Below, one piece after another: positions 48,695-58,487 of a stretch of DNA of 64,000 bases. The notes under the pieces were generated by a model, which was not told the DNA's origin, made no database searches, and saw only the letters and a list, made by a program, of their open reading frames with translations. The stretch comes from Cyanophora paradoxa CCMP329 (lineage: Eukaryota; Plantae; Glaucophyta). How positions within the stretch are numbered: the stretch's first letter is position 1; every line of letters starts with the position of its first letter. The position numbers were made by a program, and so were the translations under genes. Location: positions 124,001-188,000 of the forward strand of contig QPMI01000113.1 of the NCBI GenBank assembly GCA_004431415.1. Direction: 5' to 3'.

Positions 48695-49276
48695 ATGATA
48701 TATTACAAAGAAAGCAGGATGGAAATCCCGGATGGTGCGATCAGTGTGCCGATCGGCGGAATTGTCAATGGACGTCGTGCTATTGTGACTTATGCAATTG
48801 TGAGCCAAATTGATGCAGAGAGAGTGCTCGAGAAGAAATGGTGTCTTGATAAATATGGGTATCCTAGAACAGGTATCAAAAAGGACAATGGAAAAACAAC
48901 AACGATTAATTTGCATCAGTTTGTTCTCGGGAATACTGAAATAGGTTTCTCTATCGATCATATCAATCATAATAAACTCGATAATCGCCGTGAGAATCTT
49001 CGTCTTGCAACTGGGAGACAGCAGCAGCTGAATCAGAACCGTCGAGTATCTAACACGTCTGGTTTTATCGGTGTTAGCTTCAAAAAAGAAAACAACAAAT
49101 GGCAAGCTAATTTTATGATCAACGGGTCACAGAAACACATCGGTCTATTTTCTACCGCTGAACTCGCAGCTAGAGCTCGCGACATATATGCTATTGAACA
49201 CACATCGGAGGCCGATCGGCCGTTCCTACAAATGAATTTCAGAACCTCACCTTCTTTCCACCGAGGGCATTTCTGA
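48695..49276 (+). CDS. HNH endonuclease with C-terminal AP2 domain
   Basis: IDHINHNKLDNRRENLR; NTSGFIGVS…KWQA…HIGLF…AARARD. Confidence 0.92.
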   Translation: MIYYKESRMEIPDGAISVPIGGIVNGRRAIVTYAIVSQIDAERVLEKKWCLDKYGYPRTGIKKDNGKTTTINLHQFVLGNTEIGFSIDHINHNKLDNRRENLRLATGRQQQLNQNRRVSNTSGFIGVSFKKENNKWQANFMINGSQKHIGLFSTAELAARARDIYAIEHTSEADRPFLQMNFRTSPSFHRGHF

Positions 49277-49931
49277 GTTTCGCCAGATCCGAGTTAGCTT
49301 CGACGTCATTCGGCTGACCGGATTTTACTTTTTGATCGTCAACTGCCTGTTTGCCCTTCTCCTCCTCGTTAGCAATATATTTAACATCCGGTTTGTCGAT
49401 GGGGCGAAGTTTATACATCTCGCTTCGTAGCATAGATTTAATTCGCTCTTTCTCTTTCTTGTCCTTGACGAACGATTCGACGCTAGCGGACCTGGACTCC
49501 AGCTCGTTCACCTTAGCTAGTAGCGTGTCGTAGCGGTCGTCAGACAAGCTGCCTCGGGCTGCGCCCTTTTTCCACGAACTATCATTCTGAGGTTTAGCCA
49601 ACTTGGGGCCAGTGTAAGTCGCTTCGCTAGCAAGAGCCCGGATTACTTTCATAGCATCCTCGTCGATTTCACCGGAATTCATATCCTCCAACGTTTTGAG
49701 CTGTTGCTTTCGGTCATCCGTAGCGGATGCTTTAGAAGTAGCACCTGCAATTGTACGAGCTAGTTGGGGCTGAATCGTTGGCTGAGAGCTGCTCTCACCG
49801 GAGGGGGAGCTCACTGCTAGGCCCCCAGTGACTCCGGATTCTTGCTCCGCTAATTCCGAAGGAGGTATTTCACTCTCTCGCTCGAGGCGAGCTCGGGTTC
49901 GTCTAAAACCAGCTTTTGGAACGCCGCGCAT
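49239..49931 (-). CDS. Hypothetical charged, low-complexity viral protein
   Basis: 230-aa ORF directly downstream of the ATPase and co-oriented with it. Confidence 0.6.
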   Translation of the reverse strand: MRGVPKAGFRRTRARLERESEIPPSELAEQESGVTGGLAVSSPSGESSSQPTIQPQLARTIAGATSKASATDDRKQQLKTLEDMNSGEIDEDAMKVIRALASEATYTGPKLAKPQNDSSWKKGAARGSLSDDRYDTLLAKVNELESRSASVESFVKDKKEKERIKSMLRSEMYKLRPIDKPDVKYIANEEEKGKQAVDDQKVKSGQPNDVEANSDLAKLRNALGGKKVRF

Positions 49932-49937
49932 CTTGTA

Positions 49938-50687
49938 TTATCTAAGAAGAAGATATTTAAAATTCTTCTTTTTTAGATCTGTCTTAGCGGAGACGTTCTT
50001 AGGCTCTTCCTCTTTTTTAACCCACTTTGAAAACGTAAATTTCTTATCCTCTTGAGCTTTATCTACGCCCCAGACAGCGTCATATTTAGTATCGTCGAAC
50101 ACGATGGCCTGATAGTCTTTAGCGTGGGTTTGGAACATATTGAAGAACTCTTGTTTCGGCAGATGCGAGAATTCACGGAAGATCGATTCGAATTCGGTTT
50201 GATTTGAATAACTAAAGAAAAAACAATAGTCAGAGTTGCTACGAATCGTTTGAGATAATCCGGTTAGCTTCTGAGTCATTAGGACCGTCGATATATTGAA
50301 GTGACGACCCTGCGTAAACAATCTGTTGACCTCTTTTGAATGTTTTAGGTCAACCGTGTCGCTAGCACTGACTAGATCGTCCAGCACCAGCAGTATTTGT
50401 GGCGTCGGTTTTTTGGCAATTTTTAGCTTTCGTTGCTGATCGATAATCCCCTCAACTATGCTGGGTTCGAAATCACTATAGACGTTAGAGGAGATCCCTG
50501 AGTATTCGCCGTTGAAGCTTGTAGCACTGAAGACGTAGACTGAATCGATTCTAGGGTATAGCAACCTCAAAAGGTGACGCGTGCAATAGAACGTTTTCCC
50601 CGAATTGGATTTACTTATGAAAATGGCCTTGAACGGTATTCGCATATTACTGGCGTCAAACTGCACCAGGTTGGAGGAAGCAGACAT
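49938..50687 (-). CDS. A32/FtsK-like genome packaging ATPase
   Basis: Walker A SKSNSGKT, Walker B LLVLDD, LFTQGRHFNIS, Q…IRSNSDY. Confidence 0.93.
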   Translation of the reverse strand: MSASSNLVQFDASNMRIPFKAIFISKSNSGKTFYCTRHLLRLLYPRIDSVYVFSATSFNGEYSGISSNVYSDFEPSIVEGIIDQQRKLKIAKKPTPQILLVLDDLVSASDTVDLKHSKEVNRLFTQGRHFNISTVLMTQKLTGLSQTIRSNSDYCFFFSYSNQTEFESIFREFSHLPKQEFFNMFQTHAKDYQAIVFDDTKYDAVWGVDKAQEDKKFTFSKWVKKEEEPKNVSAKTDLKKKNFKYLLLR

Positions 50688-50735
50688 ACCTGTTTATCTG
50701 CTGACATTTAAAAAAAATAATCGCGGAGTTGCGAG

Positions 50736-52133
50736 CTAGAGATTGACCCTGCGGAGACCAGAGGCATCCACGATGAGAACAGAGTGCATCAGAGCGCGGA
50801 CCTGGACGACGTAACGAGCAGTAGAGCTGTCAGCAGGGTTATACAGGGTCAGGAACGCTGAACTGGAGTTCGTCAGGTCTACGTAACCACTCTGAGAGGC
50901 ATTCTGCACCGATTTATCCCCGGCTAAACAGAAGGGGAGGCCGGACAGCACGAAGCGGTTCTGCTGCGGGTCCATGTTCGAGCACTTGAAACGGTCCGCT
51001 ATGAGCTCAGCTCCTTGAAGAAGGGACACTGGTTCGTTCGAGAAGAGACGCTGGCCGTTGAGCTCGACGGTGAAAGTAATCTCTTTATCGTTTACCAGAG
51101 TCTTAAGAACAGAATGAGCGCCAGTGTTGACTCCGACTGCAGCAGCATCACGGATAGAGATAAAGAGGCCGTAAACGAGACCTGAGATTTGACTGAGATT
51201 GATACGGGTAGGAGCGCTCTTAGCGGCGAAAGCCACGTTTTGGACGTCGGCATATCCAATATCAGTTGCGGGAATCGCGATGCCGCTAGACTTGACCTTT
51301 TCGATTACGGAGGCGAATGTGGCCTCATCGGTATTGACCATGTAAGCAATGAGTCGAGGGCTAGTCATTGTAGGAGCAGACGGGGTAGTTGCTGAAATAG
51401 CTGGGGTCGGATTTAGACGAGCATTAGCGATCGTTCCAGCTATTACGGTTGGAAGAGCATCGCTCGTGGGAATTCCATCATCAGCAGTAGTAGCGCCGGC
51501 TACGGCATTTACTGTGAGAGTGCGACTGCCGTAGCTAGTTTCGACGTAGCCCTCGGTGCGGGCACGGAACCAGACATCGACGACAATCTCGCCGGACAGG
51601 GCCCCAATCGGAAGCATGCTCCCCTCCCAAGGCACAGGCACTTTAACCGTGAACGTGCCTCCCCCTCGGTTGCTACCTTGCACTGGGGCTCCGTGGGTCC
51701 AGCCGCCGCTCCGGAAATTCTTTTTCAGGGTGGCCTCGTCGTTAGCAATCAGGGGGTAGTGAACTAGGAAATCCTCAGGCACCACGTAGGAGTAACTCCC
51801 GTACTTAATCTCCAGACGCTTCACGAGAGCCCCCACTGAGCGCAAATAGCCGTTTCGAATCAGATCCGTGTCGGTGGCAAACGCCGTCAATTCGGGGAGA
51901 GTGAACTGGAGCTCTAAGCCCTGGCAGAAATTGTAGCGGGGTAGGTAGAAACTGACGCGATTTCCAAACGCATCTGATACGTCGTTGCTGGGATTGATCG
52001 TGACGCGAATTGGCTTGGTTTGGGATGAGAGTCCCAGCATGAGCTCATTTGAGAGGAAGAACGCTTTCGCGTCCTCAGGGGTTGTGAGCAGCTCTTTCAA
52101 GCTAAGGCGCTGCAGATTTGTTGTGACGTCCAT
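50736..52133 (-). CDS. Putative double jelly-roll major capsid protein
   Basis: ~465 aa, beta-strand rich (FGNRVSFYLPR, LQFTLP, LVKRLEIKYG, LPIGAL…IVVDVWFR). Adjacent to the ATPase and penton. Likely start is MDVTT. Confidence 0.8.
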   Translation of the reverse strand: MDVTTNLQRLSLKELLTTPEDAKAFFLSNELMLGLSSQTKPIRVTINPSNDVSDAFGNRVSFYLPRYNFCQGLELQFTLPELTAFATDTDLIRNGYLRSVGALVKRLEIKYGSYSYVVPEDFLVHYPLIANDEATLKKNFRSGGWTHGAPVQGSNRGGGTFTVKVPVPWEGSMLPIGALSGEIVVDVWFRARTEGYVETSYGSRTLTVNAVAGATTADDGIPTSDALPTVIAGTIANARLNPTPAISATTPSAPTMTSPRLIAYMVNTDEATFASVIEKVKSSGIAIPATDIGYADVQNVAFAAKSAPTRINLSQISGLVYGLFISIRDAAAVGVNTGAHSVLKTLVNDKEITFTVELNGQRLFSNEPVSLLQGAELIADRFKCSNMDPQQNRFVLSGLPFCLAGDKSVQNASQSGYVDLTNSSSAFLTLYNPADSSTARYVVQVRALMHSVLIVDASGLRRVNL

Positions 52134-52168
52134 GCTTTGATTTAACTCAGAGAAAATAAATTTGACTC

Positions 52169-53110
52169 TCAATTTGCCGATCCGACGTAGGGCCAGATTT
52201 CCTTAGTTTTACGTCTCAGATTCAGTTTAGCGAGCTCCTTAACTGGATCGCAGTTGGGCTCATCATCTCCGTAGTGTATTTCAAACGTCAGATAAATAGG
52301 GGATTCTATGAGGGCTAAACTCTGTCCCGAGTCTAGGACCTCGATCGTGAAGCTCTTGAGATCAGTACGCGAGTAAAAATATTTACTAATTGGTTGGCTC
52401 TCCGTGGAATCAAAGAAAACGGTCTCTCCTTGTTTGAGCTCTTGCGGAATCGATATACGTGCAAAGTAGCTGACTCCTAAGGGGCAGTGAATTAAATCTC
52501 CGAGCTCGGCCACTCTCAGGTACACATGGCTATCTGGGGTGCTGTCGATCGCAGTGAATCCTGTGATCACGTCCAAAAGTGGCGCAAGGCTAACGTTCTT
52601 TGAATATATCGGTAGGATGGATGGTAGCCCCAGTAAGCGAGCTGTCCTTTGAGCCCTCTCCAGTGCTTGATAGTTTCGAATTTCCTCAGAGCCTGGTTCA
52701 CCCTCTGGGACTACCAAAGCGATTTTGAATTCACCAGCTCGTTCAAAAACGATGCGAGCCGCAGCAGTGTCGTAACGGCATGAGATATCAGAGCCATCTA
52801 TTGCTAATAGATCATTTATCTCCGCGCTCAGAGATGCAGACGTGTAATTGTCTCCGGGAATTGTGATATGATCCCAGGGCACGTAGTCGCCGTTATGATA
52901 CCTGGAATAGTACAGATGAGTCTTGAACGTCATATCTAGAGTAGCAATCTCGGCGGGCACGGACTGCATAGTGTTCGGTATTTCTGCCTGCAGCAGCCTC
53001 ACCTGCTTTACAGCTTCGTAGCCTCTAGGGAGGGTCACCTTGAAAAGGCTTGGTCCTGTCTCCAGGGAGTCCGCCATGGTTGAGATAATTCCAATTATTT
53101 CGACCGGCAT
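52169..53110 (-). CDS. Putative minor capsid (penton) protein A
   Basis: FKVTLP…VRLLQAEIPNT, GDNYT…L, YLRVAEL, FARISI, LKSFTIEVLD, LTFEI. Confidence 0.7.
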   Translation of the reverse strand: MPVEIIGIISTMADSLETGPSLFKVTLPRGYEAVKQVRLLQAEIPNTMQSVPAEIATLDMTFKTHLYYSRYHNGDYVPWDHITIPGDNYTSASLSAEINDLLAIDGSDISCRYDTAAARIVFERAGEFKIALVVPEGEPGSEEIRNYQALERAQRTARLLGLPSILPIYSKNVSLAPLLDVITGFTAIDSTPDSHVYLRVAELGDLIHCPLGVSYFARISIPQELKQGETVFFDSTESQPISKYFYSRTDLKSFTIEVLDSGQSLALIESPIYLTFEIHYGDDEPNCDPVKELAKLNLRRKTKEIWPYVGSAN

Positions 53111-53134
53111 TTTAATTATGTAATCGAAAAAGAA

Positions 53135-54031
53135 ATGGCGTCAATACGAGTCAACTTTGATAGCGTTGATCGCATTCCTGGGGAGAGCGAGTCGAACTGG
53201 ACATTACGTTTAAATAATCCTATCGTTCACCCTAAAGCTGTACGTCTTACGCAGGCGGAGATCGCAAATTCTCTGTACACAAGCAAAGCGGGGGAATACC
53301 TAGAGGTCATAATCGCAGGTACAGCCTGGAAACTGGGCATATTTGAACCAGGAGCGGTAACTACCGGCAACTACGGGAGCACTACTATCTACAATTTTGG
53401 TTTATCCTACGAGCTTCCAGGAGCTGGTTTATTTAAGATCTATCTGGATGCGGAGACGATGAAAGTAACAAGCTACTGCTCTAGGGAGTGCGAGGTTATA
53501 TGTAGGTTCCAAAGCCTCAGTCAGTTACTAGGAATTGAGCCCAATGTTTCCTATCTTATCGTACCTTTCGAAATACCAGCTGCGGCGGGCATCAGAGCAA
53601 CAACTGCCCCCGAAAAGTGGCTGAGTGTAGACAGACTCCCGGTTAATCTGGATCACCCCCTCTACGGGGACGACTTTAGCGACAAGATCCAAGCAATCAC
53701 GTTAGGATATGGCCTGGAGTTTCCGAATATCGTCGATATGAATCGCTTACAGTATCTGTTTCTGGTATGTGAAGAGCTCGCCCCTTTCGCTAGCAGCGTC
53801 AATTCAGGTAGAGACGGCACCTGCACTAACGCTATTGCTAGAATTCAAATCTCTAGGGAAGTCGGAGAGTTCGTTTACATTAATAGAGAGCTATCCTCTG
53901 TCGTCGAATGGATTATAATTAATCAGCGCAGAGTATTCGACTCTCTGAGATTTAAACTAGTCGACCGTGAGGGCTCTGAGGTTTCGTTTAATGGTTTACG
54001 ATGGTCTGGACAATTACAGTTCTTGATCTAG
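53135..54031 (+). CDS. Putative minor capsid (penton) protein B
   Basis: FDSVDR…SNWTLRLNNPI…VRLTQAEIANS, YLFLVCEEL, IARIQI, LRFKLVDREG…FNG…W. Confidence 0.75.
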   Translation: MASIRVNFDSVDRIPGESESNWTLRLNNPIVHPKAVRLTQAEIANSLYTSKAGEYLEVIIAGTAWKLGIFEPGAVTTGNYGSTTIYNFGLSYELPGAGLFKIYLDAETMKVTSYCSRECEVICRFQSLSQLLGIEPNVSYLIVPFEIPAAAGIRATTAPEKWLSVDRLPVNLDHPLYGDDFSDKIQAITLGYGLEFPNIVDMNRLQYLFLVCEELAPFASSVNSGRDGTCTNAIARIQISREVGEFVYINRELSSVVEWIIINQRRVFDSLRFKLVDREGSEVSFNGLRWSGQLQFLI

Positions 54032-55521
54032 CGGATATACCTCCCCCGCAGATCAATTCGGAAAGCATTTGCGGATTCGAAAACCATCGTGTGAATTTGA
54101 ATCCAGGTGATCACTTTAGGGCTAATTAAATGCACGTCGCTGTGAGTTAAATCAAACCCAATCATATCCGGAACCAACGCTTTCGTTGCTTTTAGCACCG
54201 AGTTCTCAAATAAACGCACCTCTCCAGAAGCTGCTAATTCAAAGCCCGCAGAGGTTTCTAAATTGAATTCCGTCATTATTCCCGATGTGAAGCTAGGTCC
54301 GTAGATTACAACCTGGTGCAATTCAAACGTGTAAGGGAATTGAATCTTGAGCCACCCGAATTCGCTCGTCTGGAATCCAAAAAGGTCCGGGCGAGCTTTC
54401 TCTGGATTTCGCTCGGCGATAAAGCTACTGGCCGAAAATGCTATATCCTGAATTAGATACCAGTTTGCATCAAACGGCGGATTCAATGTCAACGTGCTCG
54501 ATATGGTGGTAGAATCGAGATTTGTTATCTCGTAGTTAGCTAAAAGGAATCCGCATAAACCTCGAAACATTAGGGCTACTTCCGGCTGGGATAACCAAGA
54601 ATCAGTCGTAGATATTAGGTAGCTGATGTTACTGGAGCTAGCGTCGTCTAATTTAGACATCACGGCAGCCGGAAGGGGAACCGATAACCTGTAATATCGT
54701 TTCAGGTTACGATCGCTATCAATCGGTAGTAGCTCCAGCATTTGCAAGTGACTCGACAGCTCGGAGCTTGCCATCAGCATATTGATTATTGGACTCCCGG
54801 TTAAACTGAGGACCCACTGCAGCGCCCCCCACGATGCAGTCTCATTATAAGAATAACCAGCAGAGTTGAGGTCAGAGCTCTGGACTTCGCCGCAGGAAAT
54901 ACTCACTAGCACAACCGGTTCATCGGCGTCGTATAACGTACGGCTATAGCTATAAGCAGCAACAGAGGGGCTGTTAAGAGTTGCTATCGCTCCGTCAATT
55001 AGGCAGCGAGTTCCCAGTTGTTTCGGAGGAAAGAACGTCTGAGCCGCTGAGCTAGCCCTGACTGCTTCTTTAATCAATGTGGTAGAGTCGGATCCTGTTC
55101 GAGTGAAATTGACGGGCTGCATCTTAACCGTATCGAAACTCGTGATTAATAGGTCCTTTGTCGCTTCTGCAATTGTATAATCACTAGCTACTGTGTTTAG
55201 AACCGTCTCTAGTGGTCCTGCATCGTAGCGACTGCCGCTGACAATTGAGAAAAGACTTCGTGGGTTTGCAAAGATTAGAGGGAGATGGGTTTGATACAGC
55301 TCAAGGATATCGTGAGCATTAAATCGATAGGACAAATTGGATCCTTGCTCCGGAGGTATCGTCAGACCCGCCGCTATAATCGCTCCGGTGCTAGTTCCAC
55401 TGAATAAATCAAATAGAAGAGGTACCGCCTTTCCGGTGATTAGTTCGATTCGTTCCAAGATACGAGCGATTACGATGCCGCGGGCTCCGCCACCAGAAAG
55501 CGATAGAATTACTTTGACCAT
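54028..55521 (-). CDS. Patatin-like phospholipase with a C-terminal discoidin/F5-8C-like extension
   Basis: LSLSGGGARG, GTSTG, ASSAA…FFPP, IDGA; tail SASS…PEKAR…WLKIQF…VVIYG…RIDLRG. Confidence 0.88.
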   Translation of the reverse strand: MVKVILSLSGGGARGIVIARILERIELITGKAVPLLFDLFSGTSTGAIIAAGLTIPPEQGSNLSYRFNAHDILELYQTHLPLIFANPRSLFSIVSGSRYDAGPLETVLNTVASDYTIAEATKDLLITSFDTVKMQPVNFTRTGSDSTTLIKEAVRASSAAQTFFPPKQLGTRCLIDGAIATLNSPSVAAYSYSRTLYDADEPVVLVSISCGEVQSSDLNSAGYSYNETASWGALQWVLSLTGSPIINMLMASSELSSHLQMLELLPIDSDRNLKRYYRLSVPLPAAVMSKLDDASSSNISYLISTTDSWLSQPEVALMFRGLCGFLLANYEITNLDSTTISSTLTLNPPFDANWYLIQDIAFSASSFIAERNPEKARPDLFGFQTSEFGWLKIQFPYTFELHQVVIYGPSFTSGIMTEFNLETSAGFELAASGEVRLFENSVLKATKALVPDMIGFDLTHSDVHLISPKVITWIQIHTMVFESANAFRIDLRGRYIR

Positions 55522-55533
55522 CTTATATTGAGG

Positions 55534-57264
55534 ATGTCGTATTTAATTAAAAAGCCTGTCGTTTTGAGAACAACCCCCAAAACTCAGGACGAATCCGAGC
55601 TAATCAACATACGCGTACTGGGATCCACATTAATCGACTACAACGCAGATAAGGATATCCACCGAACCGAATCAAATAGACCTGCAGCTCTCATCCTCCG
55701 AAACACTCACATTGCCGCACCAGACGTCGCTCAGCGGTTCTGTCTTGGTCCAACCGAGAACTACGTCGCTGAAATCATCGGCACTAGGGAGGTCCCCAGA
55801 CATCTACGAATCGCTAAAACCGGAGCCATTGCTAAATATGACAAGGGCCGACTGATATTTCGAGTCCAAAATGATAGGGGCGTTCACTCGACGGGTTTGA
55901 GGATTTTCGATGAATCCTCCGCTTTCTTAAATGCTACCGCTGTCGAAGTGACCGGGAGATTGTTTATCAATTCATCACAGCTCGTGAGTAAGCTGCACAG
56001 CTTCCCTCTCGATTTGCTCACCCCCATTGCGATTGCAGCTAACTTGCCGTTTAATTTTGACGCTGCGGCACTAAACACAGGACCGGCATACCGTCTAGAT
56101 TTAGCTAACGCGTTTCAGCTGGGAACGGTACTGAATGAGAGCGATAGACACTTGATCCCTTCTCAAAATAATACGTACGATTTGGGACTTAGGACCCGAC
56201 AGTGGCGAAACATTCACGGGCAGAATATATTTCAAGACGGCAAAAGGGTCGTCACCGAGCAGACACTGATCGATATTATAAACTATTACTTCATTCCGAT
56301 CCCGATTCCGATACCGCCAATTCCAGGACTGCCTAAAAAACCAGATAATGGCCCTGGAAAGGAACGTACTGCTGATGATGACCTGCCTTGGGGGCAATTA
56401 ATCGTATCCTGGGAGAACGTCAGGAATAAACCGGTTTTAAATCCCTATAAACCCCCTCATGAATGGTATCTGCCCCACGATATTGATACGGTGCCCTTAG
56501 AATTATACGAAGATACTACCACTATAGAACAAGAGCTCCCAGACGGTTTAGACCCTCAGGAACTAGCTTATGAAGAGCCTGTGGATGAGCACGAAGCTTT
56601 ATTGCCTGACGGGTTTGATCCTCAACTCTACGAATTGTATATAAATTGGGATCAGCTCTACGACAAACCAGAGACGTTTCCCCCGGGCCCTCATACACAC
56701 AGCTGGCCGGAGATCACGGGTAAACCGGACCTGTTTCCTCCGATTCCGCATGAGCACCACTGGGCTGATATCATCGATCCTCCTGAGACGTTCCCTCCAG
56801 CTGCACATACACACCCTTGGAGCCAAGTTACGGAGAAACCAGTGTTCTCTAGCGTTGAACCCGTTAATATGGGAGTGAGCTTATTTCAAACTGACGCCAC
56901 TGTAGAGCGCCTATTCTTAAACGAGCACTACGTACATCGCCTTGGAAATCGAGCGAATAGCGCAATGGAAGGGGCGCTCTATATTAGACCTCCTAGGGAC
57001 GTGCAGGTAATTTACTTGGTATCCTTTTCAGCTGCAACTCAAAATATTGCAGCTGGCGATAATGCATTTGCATATCTATACAAAAATGGTGCATACACAA
57101 ATGTAAGAGGATGGACGTCCACCATATCGGCAACTGTTTTTATTAATTTGGCATTTACAACATTCGTCAGCTTAGCAGCTGGGGAATATGTCGAAATGTA
57201 TTGCCAAAATTTACACACTAATCAATCCATAGTCTTTTCAGTTGGCTTGATAACTGCAACGTAA
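55534..57264 (+). CDS. Putative fibre/spike protein with phage-tail-like repeats and a C1q-like tip
   Basis: IPSQNNTYDLG…W; repeats HTHSWPEITGKP, HEHHWADIIDPP and HTHPWSQVTEKP; tip YLYKNG…VSLAAGEYVE. Confidence 0.7.
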   Translation: MSYLIKKPVVLRTTPKTQDESELINIRVLGSTLIDYNADKDIHRTESNRPAALILRNTHIAAPDVAQRFCLGPTENYVAEIIGTREVPRHLRIAKTGAIAKYDKGRLIFRVQNDRGVHSTGLRIFDESSAFLNATAVEVTGRLFINSSQLVSKLHSFPLDLLTPIAIAANLPFNFDAAALNTGPAYRLDLANAFQLGTVLNESDRHLIPSQNNTYDLGLRTRQWRNIHGQNIFQDGKRVVTEQTLIDIINYYFIPIPIPIPPIPGLPKKPDNGPGKERTADDDLPWGQLIVSWENVRNKPVLNPYKPPHEWYLPHDIDTVPLELYEDTTTIEQELPDGLDPQELAYEEPVDEHEALLPDGFDPQLYELYINWDQLYDKPETFPPGPHTHSWPEITGKPDLFPPIPHEHHWADIIDPPETFPPAAHTHPWSQVTEKPVFSSVEPVNMGVSLFQTDATVERLFLNEHYVHRLGNRANSAMEGALYIRPPRDVQVIYLVSFSAATQNIAAGDNAFAYLYKNGAYTNVRGWTSTISATVFINLAFTTFVSLAAGEYVEMYCQNLHTNQSIVFSVGLITAT

Positions 57265-57301
57265 CTAACAGAGACAGATTAATTTCTTTCCTATAAGATA
57301 A

Positions 57302-57574
57302 ATGGCTCACATATATCAAGTTGAGCTCACTGAGTCCGAGAACCTTGGAATGCAATTCGTGGCGTTATCGGTGCAAGAATGGGTGACAAACCTACTAAAA
57401 TCCCGTGCTTCTTCAGCGATCGAGGAAATCATTGCAATCGAAATTCAGTCATGTATAGCAAATGGGGTTCAAATCCCGAATACAAAGGATGCAATTGTCT
57501 CGCAGGCATTTCAACGTGCAACTGTAAAAACGGTAGCTGAAAGAAATCCTATCTGGCCGCCAACTAATCCCTAA
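57302..57574 (+). CDS. Small protein downstream of the fibre (possible chaperone or partner)
   Basis: 90-aa helical ORF starting at TAAATG; resembles small phage proteins that follow fibre genes. Confidence 0.55.
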   Translation: MAHIYQVELTESENLGMQFVALSVQEWVTNLLKSRASSAIEEIIAIEIQSCIANGVQIPNTKDAIVSQAFQRATVKTVAERNPIWPPTNP

Positions 57575-57607
57575 GTATCGTAGAATAGTTTCTCTCCCTC
57601 ATATTAA

Positions 57608-58447
57608 ATGAGCGAATTCAACCGAGTACAGCTTCCAATATATTCCCTTGGCTCCCCCGCAATTCACATGCGAACCCACGAGGTCGCCGATGAGGTCCGG
57701 AATCTCGAATCGACTGAACGTCCTAATTCCAGCAACGCATTCGATAGCCGATCGATATTGCGAATTAAAGAACTCAGGGCCGATAAAAACGCCGGAGTCG
57801 TCAAAACCACTCGCCTGCTAGTCACTAACGCCGATTTTCAGCAGAGTACTGTCGGTGGCCCCGATGCTTACTCAGTTCCTCTCAAGAGCTTGAATTTCGA
57901 CCAATTTACTGCAGCCGCTACGATCCGCTCTGGGGGTCTCGTCGTCGGTGGGGGTGCCCGAGTCAGCGGAATGCTGAGCTGCTCTGCCCTTGTTAGCGAC
58001 GTTCCTGACACGCTGCTGCAAAATGCCGAGGACCCCCAGCGAGTTAGGACCTACGGCATCACTAGCTACTTGCCGTTCGTACATGCTATTAAGCAGCGGC
58101 TAGTAGCTCAACCTGCGGGCTGGTCAGCAGGACAGGGGATCGTTTCTGAGACCCTCCAAATTCCTACGTTTATGCAATCGCTCTGCAAAACTCGCGACGG
58201 CATTGCTGGGCATACCTACGCTTTTATTGTTCAGCCGCGTTTGCATTTTGGCGTCGGATATTGTACGAACGAAGGGGCTGGAGGATATATATTGCACTGC
58301 AACAACCCTGGCTTCTACGATATCCATATCTACGGCAGGAGGACAGACCCGGCTGCAATAGCTTCGCAACGAGGAATTAATGAAGGCGATATCCAAGCCA
58401 CGTCCTTCTATCAGGAGCCCGATGTCATAGATAATCCGACGGCCTAG
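57608..58447 (+). CDS. Hypothetical virion protein, paralog 1
   Basis: Shares ILRxxELRxDKNxGxxKTTxLxVxN, TxRSGG…RVxG and RxRTY with 58488-59318. Confidence 0.65.
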   Translation: MSEFNRVQLPIYSLGSPAIHMRTHEVADEVRNLESTERPNSSNAFDSRSILRIKELRADKNAGVVKTTRLLVTNADFQQSTVGGPDAYSVPLKSLNFDQFTAAATIRSGGLVVGGGARVSGMLSCSALVSDVPDTLLQNAEDPQRVRTYGITSYLPFVHAIKQRLVAQPAGWSAGQGIVSETLQIPTFMQSLCKTRDGIAGHTYAFIVQPRLHFGVGYCTNEGAGGYILHCNNPGFYDIHIYGRRTDPAAIASQRGINEGDIQATSFYQEPDVIDNPTA

Positions 58448-58487
58448 CTCTAGACAGCTATTTTCTTTTTGACTACCTTCATAGTAA

